From positions 28,099 to 92,098 of the forward strand of contig JAFCFN010000002.1 in NCBI GenBank assembly GCA_017608625.1: a DNA stretch of 64,000 nucleotides. Reading direction: 5' to 3'. Shown here in pieces: positions 49,600-58,106 of this stretch. How positions within the stretch are numbered: the first letter of the stretch is position 1; each line of letters starts with the position of its first letter. Under the pieces are notes generated by a model, which was given only the letters and a program-made list of their open reading frames with translations, ran no database searches and was not told where the DNA came from. Position numbers and translations under genes: made by a program. This stretch comes from Candidatus Woesearchaeota archaeon. Its GTDB lineage: Archaea > Nanobdellota > Nanobdellia > Woesearchaeales > JAFCFN01.

Positions 49600-50421
49600 A
49601 TGGATAAAAAAGAGGTTGGGCAAAAGATAGAAACAGAGTTAAAGTTGCAGGGAAAGAGTAAGCAGACAATAAAGATGTACTCTTTCTATAACCTAGGTTT
49701 TCTGGATTTTATTAAAAAAGACCCTGAACAGATTAGAGAGGATGACATAAAACAATATCTAGCAGATTTGCTTGAAAAGGGCAATGATATAGGAACAGTG
49801 GCTTTAGCAAGGTCTGCTTTAAGGTTTTTTTATGATGGAATGCTAAAAAAAGGTATAACTGTTGATATTAAAACGCCAAAAAAACAGAGAAAACTGCCTG
49901 ATGTGCTAACAAAAGATGAAATTAAGGCATTGATCAATGCTGCTGATAATTTAAGAGACAAATTACTTATAGAGTTTATGTATTCTGCTGGTTTAAGAGT
50001 GAGTGAATGCGCTAGTTTAAAGAGAAGTGATTTGAATATTGAGGAAAAAACTGGTTTGTTAAAGCATGGCAAAGGAGGGAAAGATAGGTTTTTCATTTTA
50101 TCAGATAGGCTTACAGAAGACTTAAAACAGTATTTGGCCAACCATAATAATGAGTATATCTTTCCTGTTGAAAACAAGCCTATATCTACAAGAAGAATAC
50201 AGGCTATTGTGCATAAATTAGCAAAAAAAGCAGGCATAAAGAAGAAAGTTTATTGCCATTTATTAAGACATAGTTTTGCAACTCATCTGCTAGAAGCAGG
50301 AGTTGATATTAGAAAGATACAAGAGTTACTTGCACATTCAAATTTGCAAACAACACAGTTTTATACTCAAGTTAGTAAGAAAGAATTAAAGAAAGTTAAG
50401 AGTCCTCTTGACAGTTTATAA
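49600..50421 (+). CDS. xerA: XerA-like tyrosine recombinase
   Basis: R-K-H-R-H-Y catalytic set: GLRVSE, GKGGKDR, HLLRHSFATH, LLAHSNLQTTQFY. Confidence 0.93.
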   Translation: MDKKEVGQKIETELKLQGKSKQTIKMYSFYNLGFLDFIKKDPEQIREDDIKQYLADLLEKGNDIGTVALARSALRFFYDGMLKKGITVDIKTPKKQRKLPDVLTKDEIKALINAADNLRDKLLIEFMYSAGLRVSECASLKRSDLNIEEKTGLLKHGKGGKDRFFILSDRLTEDLKQYLANHNNEYIFPVENKPISTRRIQAIVHKLAKKAGIKKKVYCHLLRHSFATHLLEAGVDIRKIQELLAHSNLQTTQFYTQVSKKELKKVKSPLDSL

Positions 50422-50488
50422 TGTTAAATAGGTTAACAAATAAGCTTTTAAAAGATAGTTTATAAGTTTTAAGTTTTGATTAAAAGTT

Positions 50489-51031
50489 TTAATCTAATAT
50501 TTTTTGATCAAAAGCATCAAGAGTTAATTGTGGTTTTATTTTTACAATATTATGCTTTGTTTGGAGTTGTCTAAAATAAGGGTTTAATTTAAAGTGCATT
50601 CTACCGTTAATTACTCTTTTTATTATAGGTATGCCTTTTTTAATTAGGCTGTCTATATAGTATCTTGCTGTTGATTCTGAGATGTTGTGTAAAGCTGCTA
50701 TATCTGCATAACTTAAGTAGTTCTGTTCTTCCTTGTATATGGTTAAGAATATCTTTTTTTCTTTGTGATTTAGTTGTTCTATTTCCTGTTTTTCTATGTT
50801 TTGGGAGTTTAGGGCTAATTCTAAAGCTTCTAATCTTTCTTCTATTTTTTCTAGTTTTAGAGAAAGTTCAGCTATTAGCTCATAGTTGCTCTCTATTTCA
50901 TTTGTATTTTCGTTAATAGCTGTTAAATGGTCTTCTAATTCCTCTTTTAAGGCATTAATTTCCTCTTTTAGAGAATTATCAAGATTTAAAAGCTGTTTTT
51001 TGCTATTTAAGTCAAGAATAATACTTACCAC
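50489..51031 (-). CDS. Coiled-coil plus winged-helix protein
   Basis: N-terminal heptads, then LSYADIAALHNISESTARYYIDSLIKKG HTH with wing. Confidence 0.8.
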   Translation of the reverse strand: MVSIILDLNSKKQLLNLDNSLKEEINALKEELEDHLTAINENTNEIESNYELIAELSLKLEKIEERLEALELALNSQNIEKQEIEQLNHKEKKIFLTIYKEEQNYLSYADIAALHNISESTARYYIDSLIKKGIPIIKRVINGRMHFKLNPYFRQLQTKHNIVKIKPQLTLDAFDQKILD

Positions 51032-51085
51032 CCCTCTGTTTTTAGCAAGGGTGTTTAGCTTAAAAATATTTCTGTGATTAAATAG

Positions 51086-51571
51086 TTATTTTCTTGTTAA
51101 AATTTTTGCTAAATATTGCTTTTCTTTACCTTTTTTGATCACTGTTATCTCGTCGGTATCCTCAATTTGCTCTAGAATTCTGTAAAAAGTACTTTTAGAA
51201 CATAATGCTTGTTCTTCAACAATGATGTCTCTTAATTGTAAGGCTGTAATTTTGCCATATTTTTGTATTAAAGAAAGGATAGAATGCCTGAGATAGTCTT
51301 TTGACTGCCTCTTTATTGTTTTTATAATCCTTGTGCTTATTGTTTTTCTTTCTACTGGCTGAAGTTTATATGCTTCAAGAACCTCTTTTACTATTCTTCT
51401 GATTCTTTCTTCAGAGACTTGAGAGGTTAAATAGTCTATTTTATCGTCGGTAAGTTTATGTTTCTTATTAAAATATTCAATCCAACTGGCCAGCTTATTT
51501 ATATCAGATTTAACTTTAGAAAAAGCTAATTTTATCTCTTCCATCAATTTGTTTTTGTTAAAAAAGATCAT
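51086..51571 (-). CDS. Coiled-coil plus C-terminal winged-helix-like protein
   Basis: ILSLIQKYGKITALQLRDII...SKSTFYRILEQIE; start may be Met10. Confidence 0.75.
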   Translation of the reverse strand: MIFFNKNKLMEEIKLAFSKVKSDINKLASWIEYFNKKHKLTDDKIDYLTSQVSEERIRRIVKEVLEAYKLQPVERKTISTRIIKTIKRQSKDYLRHSILSLIQKYGKITALQLRDIIVEEQALCSKSTFYRILEQIEDTDEITVIKKGKEKQYLAKILTRK

Positions 51572-51616
51572 TTTTTATTAGAAAATAGTCTTAAATATAT
51601 AAATTTTTTGTATTTT

Positions 51617-51749
51617 TGGGAATATTTTGGGAATATATTGAGACTATTCTGGGAATATTTTGGGAATATATATCGTCGATAAATAATATAAAATTGAGAC
51701 TATTATGAGACCATTTTGAGACTATCTTAGGAATGTTCTGAGAATGTAA
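51617..51749 (+). repeat. 11-bp tandem array, 5+5 units
   Basis: Units start at 51617, 51628, 51639, 51650, 51661 and 51695, 51706, 51717, 51728, 51739; consensus TGRGAMTATTY. Confidence 0.88.
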
Positions 51750-51921
51750 GATAAAACAAAAATAACAATTATTTTTTCAAAAATATGATAAAAATGTTTT
51801 GAAAATTTTGATTTAGTTTTTTGAATTTTTAATTTTTTACAAAAAGTAAGTAGTGAAGTTAAAATTTGAAGTTTAGAAATTAAATGAAGAGTTGATCAAA
51901 GCAGGATGAGTTGTATTTTAA

Positions 51922-52213
51922 ATATAAAGTGAGATTAGGAGGTAGGGGTTTTGGGAAGATAGACCTCTCAGAAGAGTTTTTGATATACAAAAGTGAGAGT
52001 TAAGGTATTAAAAAAAGGTATAGAAAGGGGTTTAAGGCCTTTAAATAGGGCTCTGATATATAAAAGTGAGAGTTAGGTACATGGTCAAAGGGGCTTTTAA
52101 AGGTCTGAAACATGGGTAAGATGGTCCAATATATAGGAAAGTGAGAGTTTAAATATAAGTGGTTGTATGGTTGATGCAGGCAATTGGCCTTTTTTTATAT
52201 AGGAAAGTGAGAA
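51922..52213 (+). repeat. Five same-orientation iteron-like repeats ATATA(N1-3)AAAGTGAGA
   Basis: AAAGTGAGA starts at 51926, 51990, 52063, 52138 and 52204. Confidence 0.88.
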
Positions 52214-52217
52214 TAAA

Positions 52218-53453
52218 CTATAGGAAGGCTGTTAATTTTGGTTGTGTTTTAAGCTTATTCAGGATTTTGCTCCTTTTTAAGATGTAGTCTGCATTAAACC
52301 TGAATCTATGCTGTATAAGCTGCTTTACATAACGTAGCATTTCATTTTTATCCTTAAAAGTGAGAGGTTTAGTGTTTAAGGCCTTTCTAATAGCTGATCT
52401 GCAAACCCACACTCCTAATGGACAGTAGTATTCTCCTGTTATGAATCTTAAAACCAGCGCAGATGCCTGTTTTTTGAGTTTAGAGAGCTTTTCTAGCACA
52501 GATAGTCTTGCTGCATAATAACCGCCTCCTGTTTGCTCTGCATAGGTTTTTCTACCTTCATAAGGCTCATAATCAGTCATAGTTTGTATTTCAGAGCTTA
52601 TATTCCAGCTAGATTTGGGCAGATATGTCTCAAAAAGCTCGTATTGCCATATTTCTGGCATAAATAAAGCTAAATAGTAATTTCCCAAATAAGAGCCAAA
52701 ATAAAGGCTGTAATGCATTTTTTCATAGTTCTTAATGTCTGATATTAGCTTTTTTGCTATAATGTCATCTACAGCTGTTATTGCCCATCTGGTTGGAACT
52801 AGCTTTCTCTGGGTTTTTAAGCCTAAGTTAGCTGTTGACAGTAGTTTAGCTAGTTGATTTTCATCCAAACCATGTTCGTATAATGATATGATTGAATTGT
52901 GAGCCTTCAAATCTTGGGCATCTACAGCCTTCTCTACTATTTTTGGGATTTTGGGATTAGAGGTTATCTTAGCTTGCTTTATTTTGGCATTTGGACCTAT
53001 AGGAAGCAAATATGGAGGAAAATTAAGCTGTGGCTTTGGCTTTTCTTTTAGGTTGATTTCAACATCAACTGGCTTTATTGCCATTGCTATTTCTTTGCTT
53101 ATATCAAGGAGTTTATTGCTCTGTTTTACTTCTAGCTTAAATCTCGAGTTTATTAGGCTAGATCTTAGCTGAATGATTTTTTGTATTTGGAAATTGTGAT
53201 CTGCCCAGTAAGTCTGGGCATCATAAAGCCAAATATCTTGGGTGTTTTCAGGAGGAGCCAATATTCCTATGTTAAGATAAGGATAGTTGTGCCTACCGAC
53301 AAAAATAGAGGGAGAAGCAGAGTAGAACTCTTGCTTTTCTAGTTTATTTTTTATTTTAAAGAATGCGTTTGTTTTGGCTAAAATAGGACAATAGATTCTC
53401 CCACAAAATCCTCTACCTTTGCATTTAAGACACTGGATTTTCATAAAAAACAA
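52218..53453 (-). CDS. nreA: Nre-family DNA repair protein with C-terminal PIP box
   Basis: CLKCKGRGFCGRIYC, RKLVPTRWAITAVD, YYAARL and terminal QPKLTAFL. Confidence 0.9.
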   Translation of the reverse strand: MFFMKIQCLKCKGRGFCGRIYCPILAKTNAFFKIKNKLEKQEFYSASPSIFVGRHNYPYLNIGILAPPENTQDIWLYDAQTYWADHNFQIQKIIQLRSSLINSRFKLEVKQSNKLLDISKEIAMAIKPVDVEINLKEKPKPQLNFPPYLLPIGPNAKIKQAKITSNPKIPKIVEKAVDAQDLKAHNSIISLYEHGLDENQLAKLLSTANLGLKTQRKLVPTRWAITAVDDIIAKKLISDIKNYEKMHYSLYFGSYLGNYYLALFMPEIWQYELFETYLPKSSWNISSEIQTMTDYEPYEGRKTYAEQTGGGYYAARLSVLEKLSKLKKQASALVLRFITGEYYCPLGVWVCRSAIRKALNTKPLTFKDKNEMLRYVKQLIQHRFRFNADYILKRSKILNKLKTQPKLTAFL

Positions 53454-53476
53454 AAAAGAAGAAGAGATATTTTAAT

Positions 53477-53665
53477 TTATTCTTTCAGATCAGAAATTCC
53501 TGTAAAGAACAAGCCAAGTCCTATCATTATTAACATCAATACAATCCCTCCTTTAATTACAGCTAGTGTTGCTGCTGCCCAACTTACAAATGTTGGTGTC
53601 ATTACTAAATATATTGGTCCAATAATAAGTACTAGGCCAATTAATAATTCTAACCATTTATTCAT
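53477..53665 (-). CDS. Small two-TM membrane protein
   Basis: 62 aa; GGTGA SD. Confidence 0.7.
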   Translation of the reverse strand: MNKWLELLIGLVLIIGPIYLVMTPTFVSWAAATLAVIKGGIVLMLIMIGLGLFFTGISDLKE

Positions 53666-53730
53666 TTGGCATCACCTAATTAGAAAATACCTATTAGATA
53701 TAAAAATGTTTTTATTTTTCAAAAAAAGAA

Positions 53731-54048
53731 TTATTTAATTTCTATTCTTTTTGCTCTAAAACCTTTTTTTTGTATATGGGTTTTGCCGCATTCTTTGCAT
53801 TTATATCTTAAATCTGTTTTCTTTGTTGTTTTTGCTCCTGTCATCTTAAACTTAGAAACTGCTTTTTTTGAGTATCTTCCTAAATTTCCAAGACCTCTTG
53901 CTTTTCCCCTTCTTTTAGCTCTTTTCTTACTACCATAACTCATAGGATGAGCCGAACCTGGTGTTTTTCTTTTAGCTTGGGTTATAGTATGCTCTGTGTG
54001 CTTTTTACAGTAAGGGCAGTATCTCTTAGTAGTTTTAGGAATTTTCAT
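53731..54048 (-). CDS. rpl44e: 50S ribosomal protein L44e
   Basis: YCPYCKKHTEH, KTTKK and YKCKECGK motifs. Confidence 0.96.
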   Translation of the reverse strand: MKIPKTTKRYCPYCKKHTEHTITQAKRKTPGSAHPMSYGSKKRAKRRGKARGLGNLGRYSKKAVSKFKMTGAKTTKKTDLRYKCKECGKTHIQKKGFRAKRIEIK

Positions 54049-54083
54049 ATTGCTGAAGAAAAACAGCTAATTTAAAAATCTTG

Positions 54084-54710
54084 CTATATTTTGGCTGCTT
54101 TACCTCTGTTAATTAGCACTTGAGCTATTTCTGCTGGCAACTCCACTTCATCTCCGTCTTCGAATGGGCCATATTCTTTTAAGTCTAGACCAATGAATTT
54201 CTGAACAAAATCTTTTATCTCAACTTTGATTGTGTCTTTTTTTGGAATTTCTTCTTTAACATCTTCTTTTGGAACTTCTTTTTCTTCTATTTTAACAGAA
54301 GGAGAATTGCCTTGGAGAACATTCATTATTATGTCTTGTCTGTTTTTGTTTAAGACTTTTAGTAAAGAATTAAAGAGTTGCTCTTCCTCTTTTAGTAGGG
54401 CTGAGGTATCAATGATAGCATGCTCTGTTCTGCTTTTATTTAATGCCATGTCTATTATCTTTTTTTCTCTTCTTTCGTACAGCTCTTTTAGAATCTTTTT
54501 TATGTTCTCGATTTGTTTTTCTGTTTTTTCTCTTTCCTCTGCATCAAAAAGCTCATCTTTTTTTTGCTTAACAAACATGATTTTTTCATTTAGATAAGAA
54601 ACAACATCAATAAAGAAAGTATCAGGAAGTTTTTGTAAGTCTTTTCTGCTTTTTTCTCTTCTCAAAATTTCAAAAAGAGTTTCATATGTGATGTTCACTT
54701 CTTTTTCCAT
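54084..54710 (-). CDS. GINS complex subunit (Gins51-type)
   Basis: Helical A domain (LQKLPDTF, LYERREKKI) then B domain (FIGLDLKEYGPF..GDEVELP..A..LI). Confidence 0.85.
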   Translation of the reverse strand: MEKEVNITYETLFEILRREKSRKDLQKLPDTFFIDVVSYLNEKIMFVKQKKDELFDAEEREKTEKQIENIKKILKELYERREKKIIDMALNKSRTEHAIIDTSALLKEEEQLFNSLLKVLNKNRQDIIMNVLQGNSPSVKIEEKEVPKEDVKEEIPKKDTIKVEIKDFVQKFIGLDLKEYGPFEDGDEVELPAEIAQVLINRGKAAKI

Positions 54711-54826
54711 GGATGTTAAAATAAGTCAAGGTGTATATAAGCTTTTTTGTGATAGAGAATAGTCTTTACTCAAGATGATTTGGCTTTAAAATATAAAGAA
54801 AAAGAAAGAAAAATTTATTTTCTTTC

Positions 54827-57178
54827 TTATGCTGTGCTTACGCTAATGTCTGTTAGTGTTGTACCAGACACAGTTACTTCTTCCCCTGATAAAGTGTATT
54901 TATCAGGCTGAGCAACTACACTGCAAGCTCTTCTTGTGTCATCAGCTGTCCATCCAGCTACTACCAAAGCTACATTTCCGTTAGCATGTGTTACTAACTT
55001 AATTATAGCTTGGTTTTCTGGTATGGTTGATGCAGCGCCACATGCTGGATAGTCTAATCCAAGTGCAGCTGCTGCTGCTTTGTTGACACAAGGTCCACCA
55101 ACAATTATAGCGTTTTGTGCAGTTATGTCAGTAACTTCTGTGTCTAGTTTTGATGTACCAACAGACATTGGTGTTACTTGTACTGCTCCTTCAGCAACTG
55201 ATGTTGTGGTTGTTGCTGCTAGTTCAGTTACATATACATTGTAATCATTCTCTTCTTCTGGTACCCATATTTTTAAGTAGCTTCCATCATCTTTGTCAAG
55301 AACCATATAGGTTCCAAATGCTGTAAGTTCGTATTCTACTTCATTGTCATTGTCTGCTCCTCCGTCAAATGTACCTGTTAAAGATCCAATTTCTACATCA
55401 TTGTCATCAGTAGAGGATATTGTCACTTCTAGATCTGTTGCTTCACTTACATCGCTGTCTTCATCAATATTATCGGCTGATTCATCAAATTCGATTGTTG
55501 CGGTTCCACTGCTAGGATCCTTCAGTGTTATATTCATGTCATTTTTCGTCTGCAGTACATTTATAACGTCAATTATTTTACTTGCATTAGAGACATTACA
55601 AGGTGCTGCTACATTACATAAAGTAATCTTACCATTGCTTGGAATATCTGTTCCTCCTGTTTCATTCAACACATAAATTGTTGGTGAATCTATCAAAGTT
55701 TCATTAGTCTGTACTGTTGTTTTAGAACCTGTACTTAAATCCTCAAATACAACTTCATCCTCACTAGCGTCTATATCATATACTTCATAAATTTTTGTTA
55801 CTGCATTATCACCTGTACCTTCATTTAAGATAATTATTTTGTCTTCCTCTATTCCTTTATATTTCCCTGTAAGATTAAATAAATCAGCGTATTTTGTAAT
55901 GTTTGTATCTGGATAACTTCCCTCATAAGGTGTAAAGCTATATGCTTCGCCATCTCTGTTAGTAAATGTTATTTTTAATTTATCTCCGCTTCTAGACAAC
56001 TCAATATAGTCCTTTGAACTAGAATCCAATGCTGGGTCTACTGAAACAAAGCTTAGCTTAAATGTTCCAAATAGCGGATCAATAAATTCTTCTCCTATTT
56101 CTAAATAGTTTTTCTCATCATCATCCATATCTGAAGGAGTTACTGTGAAAGTTATGGTATCTATTGCTTCAATATTACTTACTGTGGCTGTTACACCTTC
56201 TAAGTCTTCCCCATCAACTTCTACTTGTTGATCAGTAGTACCTTCTGGAATAACTATTTTATCGCTTCCAACAAAGATTTCTACAGATGCTGTTTCTGTT
56301 GGAACTGTCTGCATAAAGATCTCGCTGATATAGTAATCTCCTGCAACTGTATCTCCTTCTTCAACTTGATATGCTTTGTCATTTATCTTTATTGTTGCTT
56401 CGTCTGTATCTGTGTTAGCTCCAACTAATTCTATTGTATCATCTCCTATGGTTACTGTTTCTCCAACAGCAATAGTTTGTGTTACATCTGAAGCATAAAG
56501 CACCAATTCATCGTCGCCTGCATCCATATCTGGATCAAATGTTAATTCCTTGCCTGCGATTACAATCTTTTCATTGTCATCTAAAGCGGTAGCATTCAAT
56601 GTGTCGTCAAAGTCTACTACTATTTTATATGCGTATCCTGAATCTTGGTTTAAGTATAGAACAGGTATTTCGTCACTTGCTTTATCAGCATTAGCAACGT
56701 AATCCTCTTCATTTAATGAACCAAAAGTAACAGCGTCACCACTCAACTGAATTTCCTGAGTATAATCATAGTCTTCGTCTTCTGATTCATCAGTCACTGT
56801 TCCATCTGCTAAAATTGTTGGAAGATCAGCTTTTTTGAGTTCTCTGTCAGTCTCATTTAATCCTTCTCCATAGTTTAAATCATCAGCTGTTCCTTGAATA
56901 AGTACGCTTTCTCCAGTCACAGTCACAACTTCTGCTGCTCCTTCTACTGGTGTTGTCATTCTAGCTTGCAAACTTGCAGCTATGTCTGTTACACCAATTA
57001 CGTCAGAACTAGCTGCATCTGCTCCTACCACCAATATTGTATTTAGCTCACCATCTTTCAAGAATGGTGATGGGTAGTCGCTCAGATCTGCTGCCATTGC
57101 TCCTAACACAGTTGCTCCTAGCATCACTGCGCCAGAACCTATAGCAGCAATCCTTTTGATTGCTTTCTTCAGTTTCAT
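54827..57178 (-). CDS. S-layer protein
   Basis: KRIAAIGSGAVMLGAT signal, DLSDYPSPF, VVGADAASSD and C-terminal IIVGGPCVN; very acidic; GGAGGT SD. Confidence 0.9.
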   Translation of the reverse strand: MKLKKAIKRIAAIGSGAVMLGATVLGAMAADLSDYPSPFLKDGELNTILVVGADAASSDVIGVTDIAASLQARMTTPVEGAAEVVTVTGESVLIQGTADDLNYGEGLNETDRELKKADLPTILADGTVTDESEDEDYDYTQEIQLSGDAVTFGSLNEEDYVANADKASDEIPVLYLNQDSGYAYKIVVDFDDTLNATALDDNEKIVIAGKELTFDPDMDAGDDELVLYASDVTQTIAVGETVTIGDDTIELVGANTDTDEATIKINDKAYQVEEGDTVAGDYYISEIFMQTVPTETASVEIFVGSDKIVIPEGTTDQQVEVDGEDLEGVTATVSNIEAIDTITFTVTPSDMDDDEKNYLEIGEEFIDPLFGTFKLSFVSVDPALDSSSKDYIELSRSGDKLKITFTNRDGEAYSFTPYEGSYPDTNITKYADLFNLTGKYKGIEEDKIIILNEGTGDNAVTKIYEVYDIDASEDEVVFEDLSTGSKTTVQTNETLIDSPTIYVLNETGGTDIPSNGKITLCNVAAPCNVSNASKIIDVINVLQTKNDMNITLKDPSSGTATIEFDESADNIDEDSDVSEATDLEVTISSTDDNDVEIGSLTGTFDGGADNDNEVEYELTAFGTYMVLDKDDGSYLKIWVPEEENDYNVYVTELAATTTTSVAEGAVQVTPMSVGTSKLDTEVTDITAQNAIIVGGPCVNKAAAAALGLDYPACGAASTIPENQAIIKLVTHANGNVALVVAGWTADDTRRACSVVAQPDKYTLSGEEVTVSGTTLTDISVSTA

Positions 57179-57442
57179 CTAAACACCTCCGTGTTTTTTT
57201 CTGAGGACTAGAACTCTTTTCGGCTAGCCTCTTTTTTATTTTTATTTGCGCAAATCTTCAGCCTCAATAGCTGAGACTGAATATAGCTATAGCATATATG
57301 ACGGTTTATAAAGTTTTCGGTATTTCTATATGCTACAAAATATATTTAGAAAAATAATTATCAAATTTTAGCGTCGATATTTTTGTTACTAAATGGGGGA
57401 TAAAGAGTGTATTACTATTATCAAACTTGTTTTTGAAAAAAA

Positions 57443-57655
57443 TGCGGGGAGGAGGAATTTCGTATAACCGCAAAGGGGACTTCGGTTGCTGAAGGCAACT
57501 AGAAGTCGCCTAAAGCGTTAACCGATTTTGCGGTTAATTCGAACCCCCGTAGGCACTAAGCCAACAGGTTGCCTACACATGAAGTGGCCTAAGCTTAGAC
57601 TTTTCTAAAAATTGATTAGGATAACTGTCCCGTTTGACCACTCCGGCATCCCCGC
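57443..57655 (-). tRNA. tRNA-Leu(TAG) with three introns: 30/31 (57595-57624), 37/38 (18 nt), 59/60 (57457-57537)
   Basis: BHB helices GGAC/GUCU, CUUA/UAGG and UUCG/CGAA; long variable arm; acceptor GCGGGGA/TCCCCGC. Confidence 0.9.
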
Positions 57656-57704
57656 AAATAAAAACATAAAATTATGTTGTGTTATAAAAAGCTATTGTTT
57701 TTGG

Positions 57705-58100
57705 TTATAATTTCGCGTTTATCAATCTTTTTAGTTTTTTTATTAATTTTAGAAATTTGTCTTTTTTGCTCAATAGATAGTCTTTATCAATCATTTTTCC
57801 TTCATAAAAACTCTTGTTTCTTTTTATTCTTAAATCATTCATCAAGAGTATCTCATCCTCGCTAAATCCATAATTAAGCAAATAATCTATTAATTCTTTG
57901 TGTGCTCCTTCTCCTGTAACCTTTAATCCATCTAAGAGGATTAGTGCTGTGGCAAGTTCTTTGATTATTTCATAATAATTTTCTCCAACAATTGTGGAAA
58001 ATTTTTCTATGTCTATTGAAGGAATAAAATCTTCTCTATTTTTTATTAGCTTGAGCATCGATTTTACTCTTTCTTTGTCAGGTGTTACTCTGATTATCAT
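57705..58100 (-). CDS. HEPN-like putative toxin
   Basis: YYEIIKELATALILLDG, HKELIDYL and RIKRNKSFYEG; directly downstream of the MNT gene. Confidence 0.75.
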   Translation of the reverse strand: MIIRVTPDKERVKSMLKLIKNREDFIPSIDIEKFSTIVGENYYEIIKELATALILLDGLKVTGEGAHKELIDYLLNYGFSEDEILLMNDLRIKRNKSFYEGKMIDKDYLLSKKDKFLKLIKKLKRLINAKL

Positions 58101-58106
58101 TTTTGT

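Noticed and set aside
50419-50429. Second dif half-site TAATGTTAAAT at the xerA stop
   Set aside because: Resembles the XerD arm, but no matching left arm at 6-bp spacing
51922-52213. Possible CRISPR array
   Set aside because: Conserved part is only about 9-17 bp, spacing varies from 64 to 75 bp, the repeat is not palindromic, spacers share G-rich motifs, and no cas gene is in the window
49600-52217. Integrated virus or plasmid around the tyrosine recombinase
   Set aside because: Recombinase is XerA-sized, flanking genes are housekeeping, and no tRNA att duplication, structural genes or Rep/primase were seen
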